Positions 1 through 12,336 of a DNA stretch of 43,715 bases are shown here, one piece after another. The first letter of the stretch is position 1. Each line of letters starts with the position of its first letter. A program made the position numbers and the translations under genes. The notes under the pieces were generated by a model that had not been told where the DNA came from, ran no database searches, and worked only from the letters and a program-made list of their open reading frames with translations. The stretch is from Octopus bimaculoides (lineage: Eukaryota): positions 47,709,656-47,753,370 of the forward strand of contig NC_068984.1 in assembly GCF_001194135.2 (NCBI RefSeq), given 5' to 3'.

Positions 1-569
1 ATATTCCTTTGCCTGTTTTGTTACTGAGTAAGATGCTTTCTTGCTTTCATGTTTTAAGACAAGTTTTAGCATCCAGTCCTCAGAGTTTTTCAGATAGGTG
101 TCTAGGCCAATTGTGGCTACCTTCATTGATAATGCCAGCTATACAAGTCCTCGGCCTCCCTCTTTTCTTGGCAGATAAAGACGTTCTATATCTGCCTTAG
201 GGTGGTGCATTCTATGCATTGTCAACAGTTTTCGTATTTTTTTGTCAACATTACTTATTTCAGTAATTGACCAGTTAACGATATTGAAACTGTAAGTGAC
301 GACTGGTATGGCTGGAGCATTGATCGCTTCGATCCTGTTTCTCGCGTTCAGCTCTGTCCACAGTATTGCTCTCACCCTGCGATAACATTCTCTTCTAATC
401 CTTTCCCTCATCACTGAATGTTTGATATTGTCCCCTTCAATTACACCTAGGTATTTGTAGCTCTCCACTGGTTCTAACTCTTTTATGACATTTTGCTGGT
501 CAAGGTTCACATTAGATGTTTTTGTCATTTTTCCTTTGATAAAGGTAGCTTTTGCACATTTATCAAGGC

Positions 570-570
<1 letters not shown>
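1..570 (-). mobile_element. 5'-truncated RLE-type non-LTR retrotransposon (R4/Dong-like), RT C-terminal/thumb region; runs off the window start
   Basis: Minus frame reads GLDKCAKATFIKGKM...ESYKYLG...INAPAIPVVTYSF...LYLPRKEGGRGLV*LALSMKVATIGLDTYL. GLDKC, YKYLG and LYLPRxxGGRGL are typical of RLE-clade RTs. One premature TAG at 139-141. Clade is from motif recognition only. Confidence 0.85.

Positions 571-639
<69 letters not shown>
571..639. repeat. (ATT)23 microsatellite, read as (TAA)n tail/target on the LINE strand
   Basis: Direct reading; it joins two minus-strand LINE pieces. Confidence 0.97.
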
Positions 640-912
640 TTGTTTGGCTCAGGCTCGATCTTATTCCTAGTTGGATTTATGTGGTTAGCAGGTCATTGCC
701 TGTTACCTCAGGTATCCATAAGTATTCAGCAGTCTTTCAAGTGCTTAAAATCTTCCTGATAATCCTTGCTGTCCCTAAGGGACAAACTTTCTGTAGGAGC
801 TCTACCGGGCATTTTATTTCAACCCCCTTCAGCCATTTGCCTATATCTTTGCTTACTGTTCCCAAAGCACCAATTATTATAGGCAGGACTTTTATTGATA
901 TAGCCTAACTGG
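640..912 (-). mobile_element. 3' end of an RLE-type (R4/Dong-like) LINE: ORF C-terminus, about 100 bp 3' UTR and (TAA)n tail
   Basis: Minus frame IKVLPIIIGALGTVSKDIGKWLKGVEIKCPVELLQKVCPLGTARIIRKILST* (stop 737-739) matches the IGALG...LQK..LGTARI.RK.L end of RLE ORFs. Confidence 0.8.
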
Positions 913-1103
913 CTACATTAAAAGTTTTTGGCAATGGCATGGACATTTATATGAAAGTACTGTTTAGTGTATATTTGTCGTTTAGGTGGAAGTTTAGGAT
1001 TACTATTATTCAGGACAGGAAATGTAAGAGGATAGTTTTAAAGTCACTGTTATTGGGGAATTCTGATCAGCTTAAAAAATTATAGGGGATAACTGTTCTA
1101 TGT

Positions 1104-1483
1104 TGTTGGCACTCCGTCGCTTACGACGTCGAGGGTTCCAGTTGATCCAATCAACGGAACAGCCTGCTCGTAAAATTAACGTGCAAGTAGCTGAGCACTC
1201 CAAAAACACGTGTACCCGTAACGTAGTTTTCGGGGATATTCAGCGTGACACATTGTGATAAGGCTGACCCTTTGAATAACAGGCACAACAGAAACAGGAT
1301 GTAAGAGTGAGAGAAAGTTGTGGTGGAAGAGTACAGCAGGGTTCGCTACCTTCCCCTGCCGGATCCTCGTGGAGCTTTAGGTGTTTTCGCTCAATAAACA
1401 CTCACAACGCCCGGTCTGGGAATCGAAACCGCGATCCTATGACCCCGAGTCCGCTGCCCTAACCACTAGGCCATTGCGCCTCC
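1104..1483 (-). mobile_element. Full-length tRNA-derived SINE, family A (tRNA-Arg-like head), copy 1
   Basis: The reverse complement starts GGAGGCGCAATGGCCTAGTGGTTAGG (box A) and GGTTTCGATTCCC (box B). It aligns by eye end to end with 15897-16278 and 34594-34975. 13-bp TSD AACTGTTCTATGT at 1091-1103 and 1484-1496. Confidence 0.93.
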
Positions 1484-1706
1484 AACTGTTCTATGTAGGC
1501 AGCCCTGATTAAGCTGATACATGATGAGAGCTTTCCAGCTGTGACTATCCACCGTTCCATGGACCACGTTGTGTTTTCCTTTATCTGAAATACAGAAGCA
1601 AATTCTTAAGGATTATGTTATCGAATATTTTCTTTTTAAATAATTGTACGTATGAATAAAACATATTTGGATGTTATTTTCTGCAGGTCGTACAACATTC
1701 ACGCAT

Positions 1707-1855
1707 CATACATACATACACACAGACAGACAGACAGACAGATAGACAGACAGATAGACAGACAGAGATACATGTACGTAGACAAACATATATATATGTA
1801 TGTCAACACACACACACATATATATATATCCGTAAACTCACACACAGGCACACAG

Positions 1856-1885
<30 letters not shown>
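1707..1885. repeat. Compound (CATA)/(CAGA)/(TA)/(CA) microsatellite
   Basis: Direct reading. Confidence 0.9.
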
Positions 1886-1888
<3 letters not shown>

Positions 1889-2324
1889 GAACAGAGTTTG
1901 TTAATAAATTATTTGCTTACGTCATCCTACGCACATTTCATTAATAATAATAAAATCGTTACATAAGGAAATGCTATTAAACAGATTACATTATCAAGTC
2001 GTAAAGGGTTGCTTAACACTCGCAAATAACTTTTAAGATTTATAACAGATTTCAGAGAGCATTATAGTATGAATGACCATAACTACTGTGTTAAACTAGA
2101 TCAAAGAATTTTCTTAAATACCCATAGAAGAAAAGAGAATTTTCTCTAATACCAGTAGATAAGGAATAAGTACCTAAGTCTCCGTGGTGTCTATGATACT
2201 GGGGAGAGCGATATAATGGTTGTTATAACGTTTTAAAGATACCAGTGGAATATTCCTACGCTTGATTATTCGCTATTGGCAGCTAGGGTGTTACTTGCCA
2301 GTCATCTTAACCGATACTTAAGTC

Positions 2325-2409
2325 AGCATATGCACACATATATACAAATAGATTGCGCACATACCCAAATATGTATATACACATGTGAACACATACAACC
2401 AGATACATA

Positions 2410-2471
<62 letters not shown>

Positions 2472-2690
2472 TCATGTATACACACGCATAACACATGTAC
2501 ATAAATAATTACATATATACTCACACACACACACACACACACACAAGTATGTATGTATATATACATACTCGCACTTACATATAACATTATATACATCTAC
2601 AAATATACACACAATACACACATATACACAAATACATTTATATGTACACACATATATATTAATATACACAACATATATGTACAATCATAT
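2325..2690. repeat. Low-complexity (TA)n/(CA)n tract
   Basis: Direct reading; explains the YI/CV-rich ORFs. Confidence 0.9.
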
Positions 2691-4970
2691 ATAACGATAT
2701 TAACGCACATATGATTCTGCTTACATGTTCATATATTGTCTACCAATGAGCTTTTTCTGTTGCATATGCATGTAGGGACTAAGTAGGAAAACAGAATATT
2801 AACAAGAATTACATGAATAATGATTATCAGAAGAATATTAATGGTTACTTTTGAATAGCGCGAGTTTGTTATAGATGTCCTATTAGGGTCTTACTAATTC
2901 ACTATAAGTACCTATTTTGAGAATTAGGTGTATAGTTTGTTAAATCCAGTTAACATTACTCATACTTCAAATTCTTCTTCGAGAATATCTACTCTGTAAA
3001 GATGACGTAACTAAATACTTTATGAAGAAACTCGTCTATTCTGTTGATTCATACATGTACACCTTGATCATTTTCAGTTTAAATAGATATGCATAGACAG
3101 ATGTGAACAATTTCACTTTATCTTTAGAGACAGAAAATGAGAGCTTAGCTGGGCTTTATTTATTTCTTTAGTGACAAGGCAGCTACTTAAATTGTGTTCT
3201 ATGACATTGAATACAAACACATCGTAACATATTCTCAGCTTTAGTTTGTGTATTTCTTTTATATTTCTTTTAGCTTTGTCACATTTGTCTAATTTAATAT
3301 ATATTTTTATGTTTGGTTAGTTTTATGAGAAATTTTTAGTAAGACTTCCAACTGGATATTGATATTTTGATGTCATTTCCATGTAGAAGAAATGATTTAC
3401 AGATTGTCTGTAACATCTGCAACTATTAGTAATTTCTTTCAATAAATTTGCTTATGGTTCCAGAGTTAGGCAAACGAGAAGTGAAGTGAATGTCTGAAAG
3501 ATACCTTTTCTTATGGGTACACAGCTGGTTTTGAATAAAACTGTGCAGTCGACGCTATTGTGTAAGAAAGATTTTGACACCTTATGAAATTTAAAGTGAA
3601 TTCAACAGTTTTGTATGTTATTAGATAGCTAAATGGCTCTTCCATGTTGTAAGTGCCGTTATTAATTTGCAGTTTGTGATCGCACATTTTTGCTGCTTTG
3701 TTGCGAAAAGGAACGCCAATTGAGAGGAGTTCTTGTGCTCTAGTTTCCTATAGAAACTGAGGTTTTTCAAAAGTACTAATTGCGAACGGAAATTGTAAAG
3801 TTATGTGATAAAGAATAGAGGACAGTGAAATATAGATAGGAAGGGGAGGAGAGGATGAAAAAGTTGCTGGAGGGCTGGACGTTCCGAGTTATGCAAGTGA
3901 CAGAATCAATCATCAGAAGGATTTGTACCTTGAAAGAAAGGGTGTTAACGACTCCGATGCCACAACAACAGTAGTAGTAAGTAGCAGTAGTAAGAGCAGG
4001 AGCAATAACAGCTGCAGCTAAACTAAGACCATAGCCAACATATAGAAGAGGGGTTCCGCAACCATGTGGGTACAAACGTTCTATGACTACCGCCTCAAAA
4101 CAGGAAATAGAAAGATCGATGTGAGGCCAATTATATCACAAACCAGGCACTTACCAATAGAATACCACATTATAACAACATCACCAACTTGACAGAACGA
4201 CAGTATCTCTGATCACACCTTTCTTTCACTTCCTTTTCTTCTATCCACTTATGCTTCTACATAATTTTGCATCGAACTAAATCCACTGGTTTCTCGATAA
4301 ACTGTACCGATTACATATAAAGATATTGACGTGTACGGCTGTTGATAATAGAAAAGCAATATCAGCAACATTACGGAATAGGGTACTTAACTTTAGATGT
4401 GAAGATTAGCGCACTACTTTGGAGGATTGTTATAGACGAAGGCAGAAAAAAAATACTTAACTTTAATTGGTTTCGAACGTCAATAGTATGATTTTGCATT
4501 AAATAATAAATAATTACTTCTATCCTGAAGAAAAAACTATAATTTCTTCTCGTGAGAAAAATACACTCCAAGGAAAATTCCATTCTATTAAGTATTAGGA
4601 AAAGAAATGTACCATGTCACGCGAATAATTACAGCTCAATATATTAACGCCATCACAATGTTAGATCTCAATCTGGATGTGGAATCAAAGACGAAGATAT
4701 TTATTTTGTTTCTTGCTATTAGCGGTCTTTGGCTGTTGGTTAGTGAGGGGTCCTGCGTGTATATTAGAATAATTCTAATGCATAACAGATGTTGGGTTCA
4801 ATCATACCAAATAAAGCTTCACCAGTTTGAATGAACTGGTTCAGTGAAAAAACATTTAAAATTAATATTGCTTTCCCATCTTGTAAGCAGTCAGATGTTG
4901 ATTCTAGGATCTTTAGTAATTAATCGTTTCTAATTTAGACTCGAAGTAACGACATTAAGAGGAAGAAGTT

Positions 4971-5077
4971 AGTCGATAATAATCGACCCCATTACTTGAC
5001 AGGTACTCATTTTATCTATCCCGGAGAAACGGAAAGCGCAATTTGAACTCAGAATGTAAAAAATAGGAACAAATGCA
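4971..5077 (-). mobile_element. Diverged, internally deleted SINE family C (Meta-domain-like) remnant
   Basis: The reverse complement has ACATTCTGAGTTCAAATTGCGC and GATAAAATGAGTACCTG...GGGGTCGATTATTATCGACT, matching the copy at 13856-14070. Confidence 0.6.
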
Positions 5078-5153
5078 TTTTCTCTTACTTTCACTATGAA
5101 AATGAAAAAAAAAAAACAAAACAATCACACACACATCGACACTCACGCACACC

Positions 5154-5191
<38 letters not shown>

Positions 5192-5280
5192 TAACAGGGT
5201 TTAAAAAGCCGAAAACATATTACATTCTGTTTACCTTTAACCAGTAATCCCAATTTTAGTGTATCGAATTGCATCTTTAT

Positions 5281-5635
5281 TTTTTACCTTTTACTCGTTA
5301 CACTCATTGGACAGCGGCCATCCTGGGGCACCCCCTTGAATAATTTACTTAAACAAATCGTTCTCAGTGCTGATTTTGAAAATCTGACACTTATTTTATC
5401 GATTCTTTTGTCGAACCGCAAAGTTAAGGGGAAGTAGATAAATGAACACCGGTTGTCAAGCGCGGAGCGTACAAAATCGAACACAACGACATTCACAATT
5501 ATACGTTGGGATTCCAAGCAGTTTCCACCAGCAAAATTTATTGACAATCTATTTATCAATCCGAAGCTTTAGTAGAAAACATTTTCCCAATGTTCCGTGC
5601 ATTGGGACAGAACCCGAAAGCACATGCCTTTGCCT
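5281..5635 (-). mobile_element. Diverged SINE family B copy
   Basis: Tail GGGTGCCCCAGGATGGCCGCTGTCCAATGAGTGTAACGAGTAAAAG, the mid-part CGCTTGACAACCGG...GCGGTTCGACAAAAG and a degenerate head all match 10622-11105. Confidence 0.7.
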
Positions 5636-5977
5636 ATGAGGAAATCCTCTTTTTGCTCTACTAGAGTAATCCTGTGAAAGTATTGTGATTTGTTTCACTC
5701 TGCTTCTGTTTTTATGCATCATATATTGTATTGTTATGATTTATCTTCATATGCTCTCCCAATATGATTGAACTTTTATTCTGATATATTCTTTTTAATA
5801 ATATCCTTCGAAAGTAATTGACTGTCTATATCAAGTACGAGATTCTTTGGGAGAAGCTCTCATAATTTTAAAACATTTTTTCAGTTCCCATCTAGAATGT
5901 TAATGCTAGGATTAGTTGCTTAAATATTTCTTTCACATAAAAGATCTATCTCCTCGGAATTCTATTTGTTATGATTA

Positions 5978-5978
<1 letters not shown>

Positions 5979-6050
<72 letters not shown>

Positions 6051-6110
6051 GTCTGTTTGTCTGTCTGTCTCTCTCTCCCTATATATATATATATATATAT
6101 ATACACATAC
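5979..6110. repeat. (CTAT)n / (CTGT)n / (TA)n microsatellite
   Basis: Direct reading. Confidence 0.95.
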
Positions 6111-6898
6111 ATGCGTACATTTATATGCATAGATATAAATTAGATGTCTTCCTCCCTATTTCACCAAGTAAGGATTCTTTTCCTTTTTATTTGATCTTGT
6201 ATTTCATCTTTCCCTGCTGTATTTAGGTGAGATTTGGCTAGGAAATATTTACTTCAAGCCAGTTTCCCTAGCAACTACATAAATTTAGGTATTTTTGTAA
6301 TGCGATTTTCTTTTTGCCGAAAGTATTTCTTGAAGAGCCTCATTGCATTATTGGCTATTATTTTCTATAATTGTTCATTTATTCTTAACTTGGAGAGGTG
6401 TTTTCATTGATCCACAGATATTGATTTTGTTATGACTAGTTTTAGTATTTCATTTATAGCTTCTGTTAGATTTTCGAAATGGCTCTCTCTGTATGTGCTT
6501 TAGTCTTTTTTTTATTTGTTGGATCATGAGCCGGTTGTTGTTGTCGGTGTCGTCTTCGTTGTTGTTGTTGCTGTTATTCACTATTTATTTTTTATGTGAT
6601 CTTATGTGGCCGTTTACTTTTTTTCTTTTACGTACTCAGTTCTATACAATCCTAACAAAAACGAAATATGACGCATTTTATTTCATATTTGTCAGGATCT
6701 TCTATACCGCAGTTAACAGTGCAATGAATAGATACCCTTGTTTATTTCACATGGTGCCTATTTTTGTCAAATGCTCTTCTTCAGAATCTAGTTGTTACTA
6801 ATTATGCAGTTACCAGAAACATTTTGTTTGAATTTTGATTCCTCCATTTAGTTAACTATGTATAAAAAAAATTACATTCTGCTTTAAGCATTTCTTTA

Positions 6899-6899
6899 C

Positions 6900-6989
<90 letters not shown>

Positions 6990-7020
6990 GTCTGTCTGTC
7001 TGTCTGTCTGTCTATCCGTC
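6899..7020. repeat. (TATC)n-(TGTC)n microsatellite
   Basis: Direct reading. Confidence 0.95.
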
Positions 7021-7274
7021 TATCTTTTATCCATGTATTCATATACCACTCAATCGATCTATCTTTCTGTCCATCCATTTATCTCTTCATCCATCTAGCC
7101 ATCCATCAAAATATTGGTATATTTTATTTTTGCTGGTACTTTCTATGCTGAGTTAGCCGCATAATAAATGAAGATTAATGCTTTTTTCATATGGCACCCA
7201 ATTTAGTCTAAATTTAGTAATGAAAGGAAGTATGACTGTATGACTGACTGACTGACTCACTCACTCACTAACTA

Positions 7275-7305
<31 letters not shown>

Positions 7306-7380
7306 ATCTATCTGTCTATCGATCGATCCATCCATCTATCCATCCATCCATCCACCCAGTCGTCCTTCTATCCTACAATA

Positions 7381-8045
7381 TTCTTCTTCTTCTTCTTCTT
7401 CATCTTCTTCTTCTTCCTCCCCTTCCTCCCCTCCCCTTCCTCTACCTCCACTTCCTACCCTTCCACTTCCTTTTCCTCCACTTCCACTTCCACTTCCTCC
7501 ACTTCCACTTCCTTCTCTTCCACTTCCACTACCTCCTCTTCTACTTCCTCGGCTTCTTTCTCCCCTCCTCCTCTTCCTCTCCCTTCCTCTACTCCTCCTC
7601 CTCTTCCCCTCCTCCACTTCCTCCTCCTCCATTTTCTCCCTCCTCATCTCTCCCCTCCTCTNNNNNNNNNNNNNNNNNNNNNNNNNNNNNNNNNNNNNNN
7701 NNNNNNNNNNNNNNNNNNNNNNNNNNNNNNNNNNNNCCTCCTCCTCTACTTTATCCTCCCCTCCTCCCCCTTCTCCTCTACTTTATCCTCCCCTCCTCCT
7801 CCTCCACTTTATCCTCCCCCTTCCTTAGCTCCTTCTCCCACCTCCACATCCTCCTCCTCACCCCCTTCTTCCTTTCCTCTTCCTCCCCTTCCTCCTCCCC
7901 TTCTTCTCCCCTCCTCTTTCTCTTCTCTTTCTCTTCTCTTTCTCTCCTCTTTCTCTTCTCTTTCTATTCCCCTTGCTTCTCGTACCCTCATTTCCTCCTC
8001 CTATTCCACTTAGTTTTCTTCCTCCTCCCTCGTCCTTTCTCTCTC
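7381..8045. repeat. About 660-bp polypyrimidine tract, (CTT)n/(CCACTT)n/(CCT)n, containing a 75-N gap
   Basis: Almost entirely C/T on the plus strand; the 285-aa ORF here is an artefact. Confidence 0.95.
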
Positions 8046-8372
8046 ACTGTTACATGCATACATACATACATAAATACATACATACATACATACATACATA
8101 CGTACATATTTATATATATTCCTTCTGAAAAACCTGTGTAGAAATGTAACGTGCTAAATGTTGGAGTCTTCCTACCACTCTTTTCAATAAATTTCAGCCT
8201 GAATATATTACTTTCAAAGACATTTCTTTCTGTAAGGTTTCTTCATGTTAGCAATTTCTCTCTGTGTATCTTTCCCTTTCTCCCTTTCTTTCCATATACA
8301 TACATAAACACACACATATGTACATATACATAAAAGCATACATGCAGACACCTACATACATTTGCACGCACA

Positions 8373-8423
<51 letters not shown>

Positions 8424-8594
8424 ATACAAACGTACACACATAATCTTTGTTATACTTTCGAATTGATAACCACGTTTACCAACATGCTTTGATATTATTT
8501 CTTAATATTTATATCCACTACACTCTAGTAAAAACTTTTGTCCCCATCGAATTCTTCCGTATCTCTGTATGTACAGGAATCTATTCTAGTCTTT

Positions 8595-8663
8595 GGAATA
8601 TTGCTATAATGCGCTTCAGAATTTTGCTACAATGTGTTTCGGAATCTTGCTATAATGTGTTCC
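8595..8663. repeat. 23-bp minisatellite, 3 units
   Basis: GGAATATTGCTATAATGCGCTTC / AGAATTTTGCTACAATGTGTTTC / GGAATCTTGCTATAATGTGTTCC. Confidence 0.85.
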
Positions 8664-8731
8664 CAAATCAAAGAATAAATTCTCTGACAATGTGAAATAC
8701 TATTCAATTGTTTTCATAACCAACATTGTAT

Positions 8732-8857
8732 AGGAAGAACAAGGATTGTGGTTTGATAGTAACCGATCATAGAGGGTATATTTTATAAACAAGGAAGATT
8801 TGAAAATTCAGGATTGGCCAGGAAAAAAATAGTGTGTTTATATTAACCGTGACAGAA

Positions 8858-8914
<57 letters not shown>

Positions 8915-9018
8915 CATTATTATTATTACACGGGAAAATGCGAGCATGAAAAGTAATATTCTTAAGATTATAAACCTTGAAAAGTACAGGACAAGTTATC
9001 ACACCTGTAAAAGTATAG
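8732..9018 (+). repeat. Direct duplicate of 11640-11943: about 125 bp flank, (ATT)n and the first 90 bp of the MITE left arm
   Basis: Long identical stretches, e.g. TTGTGGTTTGATAGTAACCGATCATAGAGGGTATATTTTATAAACAAGGAAGATTTGAAAATTCAGGATT in both copies; roughly 90-95% identity by eye. Confidence 0.92.
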
Positions 9019-10299
9019 ATGACTGCTAACAATCATCTCATTTATCAACTTAAATCTCTTTTCTTCTTTAAGGACGACAATATAGCCCCCTATATATCTG
9101 TCTAGTCTGCAAGGTCTGGGGTAGAGGAGCTGCATGAATAGCTTTGACGTGGCCTTTTAAAGCTAATGAGATTGATGTCAAATATTTCATTTAATTTGTT
9201 GCTTATCGGTATCAGCAGAAAAACTGTACAAAGAATGAATGAACAAGAAAGGACGTTCTGGAGAAGGATTGCACCTAGTTGAAACCAAAATAATGAAGAG
9301 AGGAGAAACTAGTGTTGTTGCTAATTGTCCATTGTTTAATATCTTGTACTTTATCGATTTTGCTGTAAAGACACGCGCCAAAGACACACACACAACCAAC
9401 TTATGAGAATCATCGTTATGGACCGCTGCGAAATTCTTCAGTAATTTGTCAGCTCTAAGTTTTCTGTACCTGCTGTTGGATTTTTTCTGCTGGAATTGAT
9501 ACAACGGCTGCTTGTGGTAGCACATATGAAAACAATTGCCCTGACAATACTGGTTTGTATAGAGGAGATATCAGCTACTGATGAAATCAAGTTTCTTCTT
9601 CGTCAACACAAGCTTCAGTTTTGTGGGCAATAGTTTTGCCGATCCTGGTGATACTAGAATCGATAGTTATGCTGTTGCTGATGACTGTAGCGTCAGTGTG
9701 GGGGAAAAAGAAATAAACGCGGTAAATGTAATAAGTGAAGTGACGAACAGGGTAGGTTAAACGATGTAATTACAATGTGAAAGTATTACATCATTACAAA
9801 GAAAACCGTTCTCATCAGATGACCACATAGACTTCGAGCATAAAGTACAAGTTAGATAGTTAAACATATTCATATCATCAATAGAAAGCAAATATTTACA
9901 ATGATTCCGCTGCTAAATGTTTGGCAAAATGAAAAAAAGGACAGTACGTTGAAAGACAAGCAAGAAATTAACATACGCTAGAGTATGGGGTGGGGGTGGG
10001 GGTGAATGAGAGTAGTGACACCGTTATCTATGCACCCAAGACAACAGGGAGAATGTTAATTGCAAAACATCTAAAATTAGATTTTTAAGAAGTTATAAAT
10101 TAATTAGTATCATGACATCGTTCTACTATCTGAGAAAATGGAACTTTACATCCGTTTATATCAACACCAAAAGGGTAGGTCATGGGGTGGTAAACGAGAA
10201 TGTCTGATGGGGGAGTGGTGATAATAGAAAGAGAAGAGGGGATAGGGGTAGCCAATATGGCTTATTTTGAATGCCATCTTAAAGGGGAAGAAAAAGTGA

Positions 10300-10785
10300 A
10301 CTTTTAAAAGGTATACCTCTTAAAGAATTATGGATGGTATATGAATTGAAGAAGTAAGTTTTAACCTTAGTTTTAACCTTACAAATTTCAGATATAACTA
10401 AATAAGGGGATTATGTATAATTTAGTATATGATAATATAAGGTTGTAACATATAACTAATATTATGAAAAAAATTAGAAATAATATATTTCCACCAAATT
10501 TTTATGCTATACAAACTTTAAAAATATAAGGAAATACAAAATATAAATAAAAATATAGCCAAATATAAATATAAAATATAATATAATAAAATTTTAAAAA
10601 ATATAAAGGATACATATATAAGCATAGGAGCGGCTGTGTGGTAAGTAGCTTGCTTACGAACCATATGGTTCCGGGTTCAGTCCCACCGTGTGGCACCTTG
10701 GGCAAGTGTCTTCTACTATAGCCTCGGGCCGACTAAAGCCTTGTGAGCGGATTTAGTAGATGGAAACTGAAAGAAGTCCGTCGTA

Positions 10786-10882
<97 letters not shown>

Positions 10883-11640
10883 GTGTGTATATATGTTTGT
10901 TTGCCTGTATTTGTCCCTCCAACATTGCTTGACAACCGATATCGGTGTGTTTACGTGCCCGTAACTTAGCGGTTCGACAAAAGAGACCGACGGAATAAGT
11001 ATTAGGCTTACAATGAATAAGTCCTTGGATCGATCTGATCGACTAAAGCAGTGCTCCAGCATGGCCACAGTCAAATGACTGAAACAAGTAAAAGAGTAAA
11101 AGAATAGAGAGTACACAAAAGCATGAACTATAAAACATATGAAATATTTTGTATATATACAATAGAATGTATACAGTGGGCTATATGAAAAAAATTTAAA
11201 ACTGTCAAAGTATTAGTAAAACATCCAAAATTATGAAAAATATATGAAGAATATATGAAATCTTAAGATATAAGGATATAAGATTAAGATTTATAAAATA
11301 TACGAGGAAATATAAGAAAATATCTGAGAGAAGAATTATGATAAAAGCTATAACAAAAAATTATATAGAAGCTATACTAAGAAATTCCTTTTTAAAAAAA
11401 TTTATAAAAGTAAGCCAATAAAAGATGCTATGTTAAGATATATAAAAAGAATTAAGGTAATATAAAATGAAAATAAAGAAAATATTATAATGGAATTGTT
11501 ATATAAATAGATAAAACCAGAATATAAATTAATTATTAACAGTAGATGGAAAAGGCATAAGTATGCCGGGTTATAATAGAGATAAAATAGAATTAAAATT
11601 ATCATTAGAAATAGGTTAAGAAAATGTATTTACAATGCAA
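10300..11640 (+). other. Extremely A-rich, strand-asymmetric block, possibly a highly decayed L1/Tx1-like LINE 3' region, interrupted by a SINE
   Basis: Remnant peptides IQWAI*KKFK and NIRKYLREE resemble L1/Tx1 ORF2 C-termini (W.IW..R). Many stops; weak. Confidence 0.25.
10622..11105 (+). mobile_element. Full-length tRNA-derived SINE family B with internal (TA)n(TG)n microsatellite
   Basis: Head GGAGCGGCTGTGTGGTAAG...GGGTTCAGTCCC; CORE-like ACCTTGGGCAAGTG; internal microsatellite 10783-10890; tail GTGCTCCAGCATGGCCACAGTCAAATGACTGAAACAAGTAAAAGA. Multiple copies in the window. Confidence 0.92.
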
Positions 11641-11763
11641 GGAAAAACAAGGGTTGTGGTTTGATAGTAACCGATCATAGAGGGTATATTTTATAAACAA
11701 GGAAGATTTGAAAATTCAGGATTAGTTAGGAAAAAACAGTGTATTTATATTAACCGTGATAGA

Positions 11764-11764
11764 A

Positions 11765-11853
<89 letters not shown>
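11764..11853. repeat. (ATT)n microsatellite
   Basis: Direct reading. Confidence 0.97.
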
Positions 11854-11854
<1 letters not shown>

Positions 11855-12336
11855 ACGGAAAAATACGAACATGAAAAGTAATATTCTTAAGATTATAAAC
11901 CTGGAAAAGTACAGGACAAGTTATCACACCTGTAAAAGTATAGGACAAGATATTACTTCTAGTAAAGTAAAGAATAAGAAACTTTTTAGTTAAAATATTG
12001 CAGCAAAGAATGCCAGTTCTTCTAATTTATCACTCTTTACAGTTCTCATCTTTTTAATTTATTGTACAAAACTGTCCAGCTAATTTTTAAGCTTGTCTAA
12101 TTAGTCACTTTTTTCTGTATTTAAGGTAATATATTAGCTAAATTCTACTTAGTGCTATTTGTAAACTATAATAAAATAAGTTTTAAAATTCAAATTTTAA
12201 GTAAAAAGTTTCTTATTCTCTACTTTAGTTGAAGTAATAGTTTGTCCTATACTTTTCCAGGTGTAATAACTTGTCCTGTACTTTTTCAGGTTTATAATCT
12301 TAAGAATATTACTTTTCATGTTCGCATTTTTCCATG
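11854..12336. mobile_element. 483-bp non-autonomous DNA transposon (MITE/foldback) with about 143-bp TIRs and TA flanks
   Basis: Arm 11854-11996 (CACGGAAAAATACGAACATGAAAAGT...GAATAAGAAACTTTTTAGTTAAAAT) is the reverse complement of 12194-12336. TA at 11852-53 and 12337-38; about 200-bp AT-rich spacer; no ORF. Confidence 0.85.

Noticed and set aside
1400-1483. tRNA-like sequences at SINE heads (also 15897, 34900, 13856)
   Set aside because: They continue into SINE bodies with TSDs and lack a complete cloverleaf; not tRNA genes.
3776-4075. Open frames on both strands with protein-like composition
   Set aside because: Driven by a degenerate (AGT/AGC/AAC) repeat; no acceptor or known motif.
6190-6500. 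Minus-strand remnant peptide HLSKLRINEQL...RLFKKYF
   Set aside because: Possibly an old LINE, but there are too many stops to assign it.
9187-9720. 112-aa ORF in complex, non-repetitive sequence
   Set aside because: No recognisable domain or convincing splice sites; neighbouring frames are broken. Needs a homology search.
10300-11640. Possible mitochondrial insertion (very AT-rich)
   Set aside because: No recognisable mitochondrial gene, rRNA or tRNA fold; a decayed LINE is at least as plausible.
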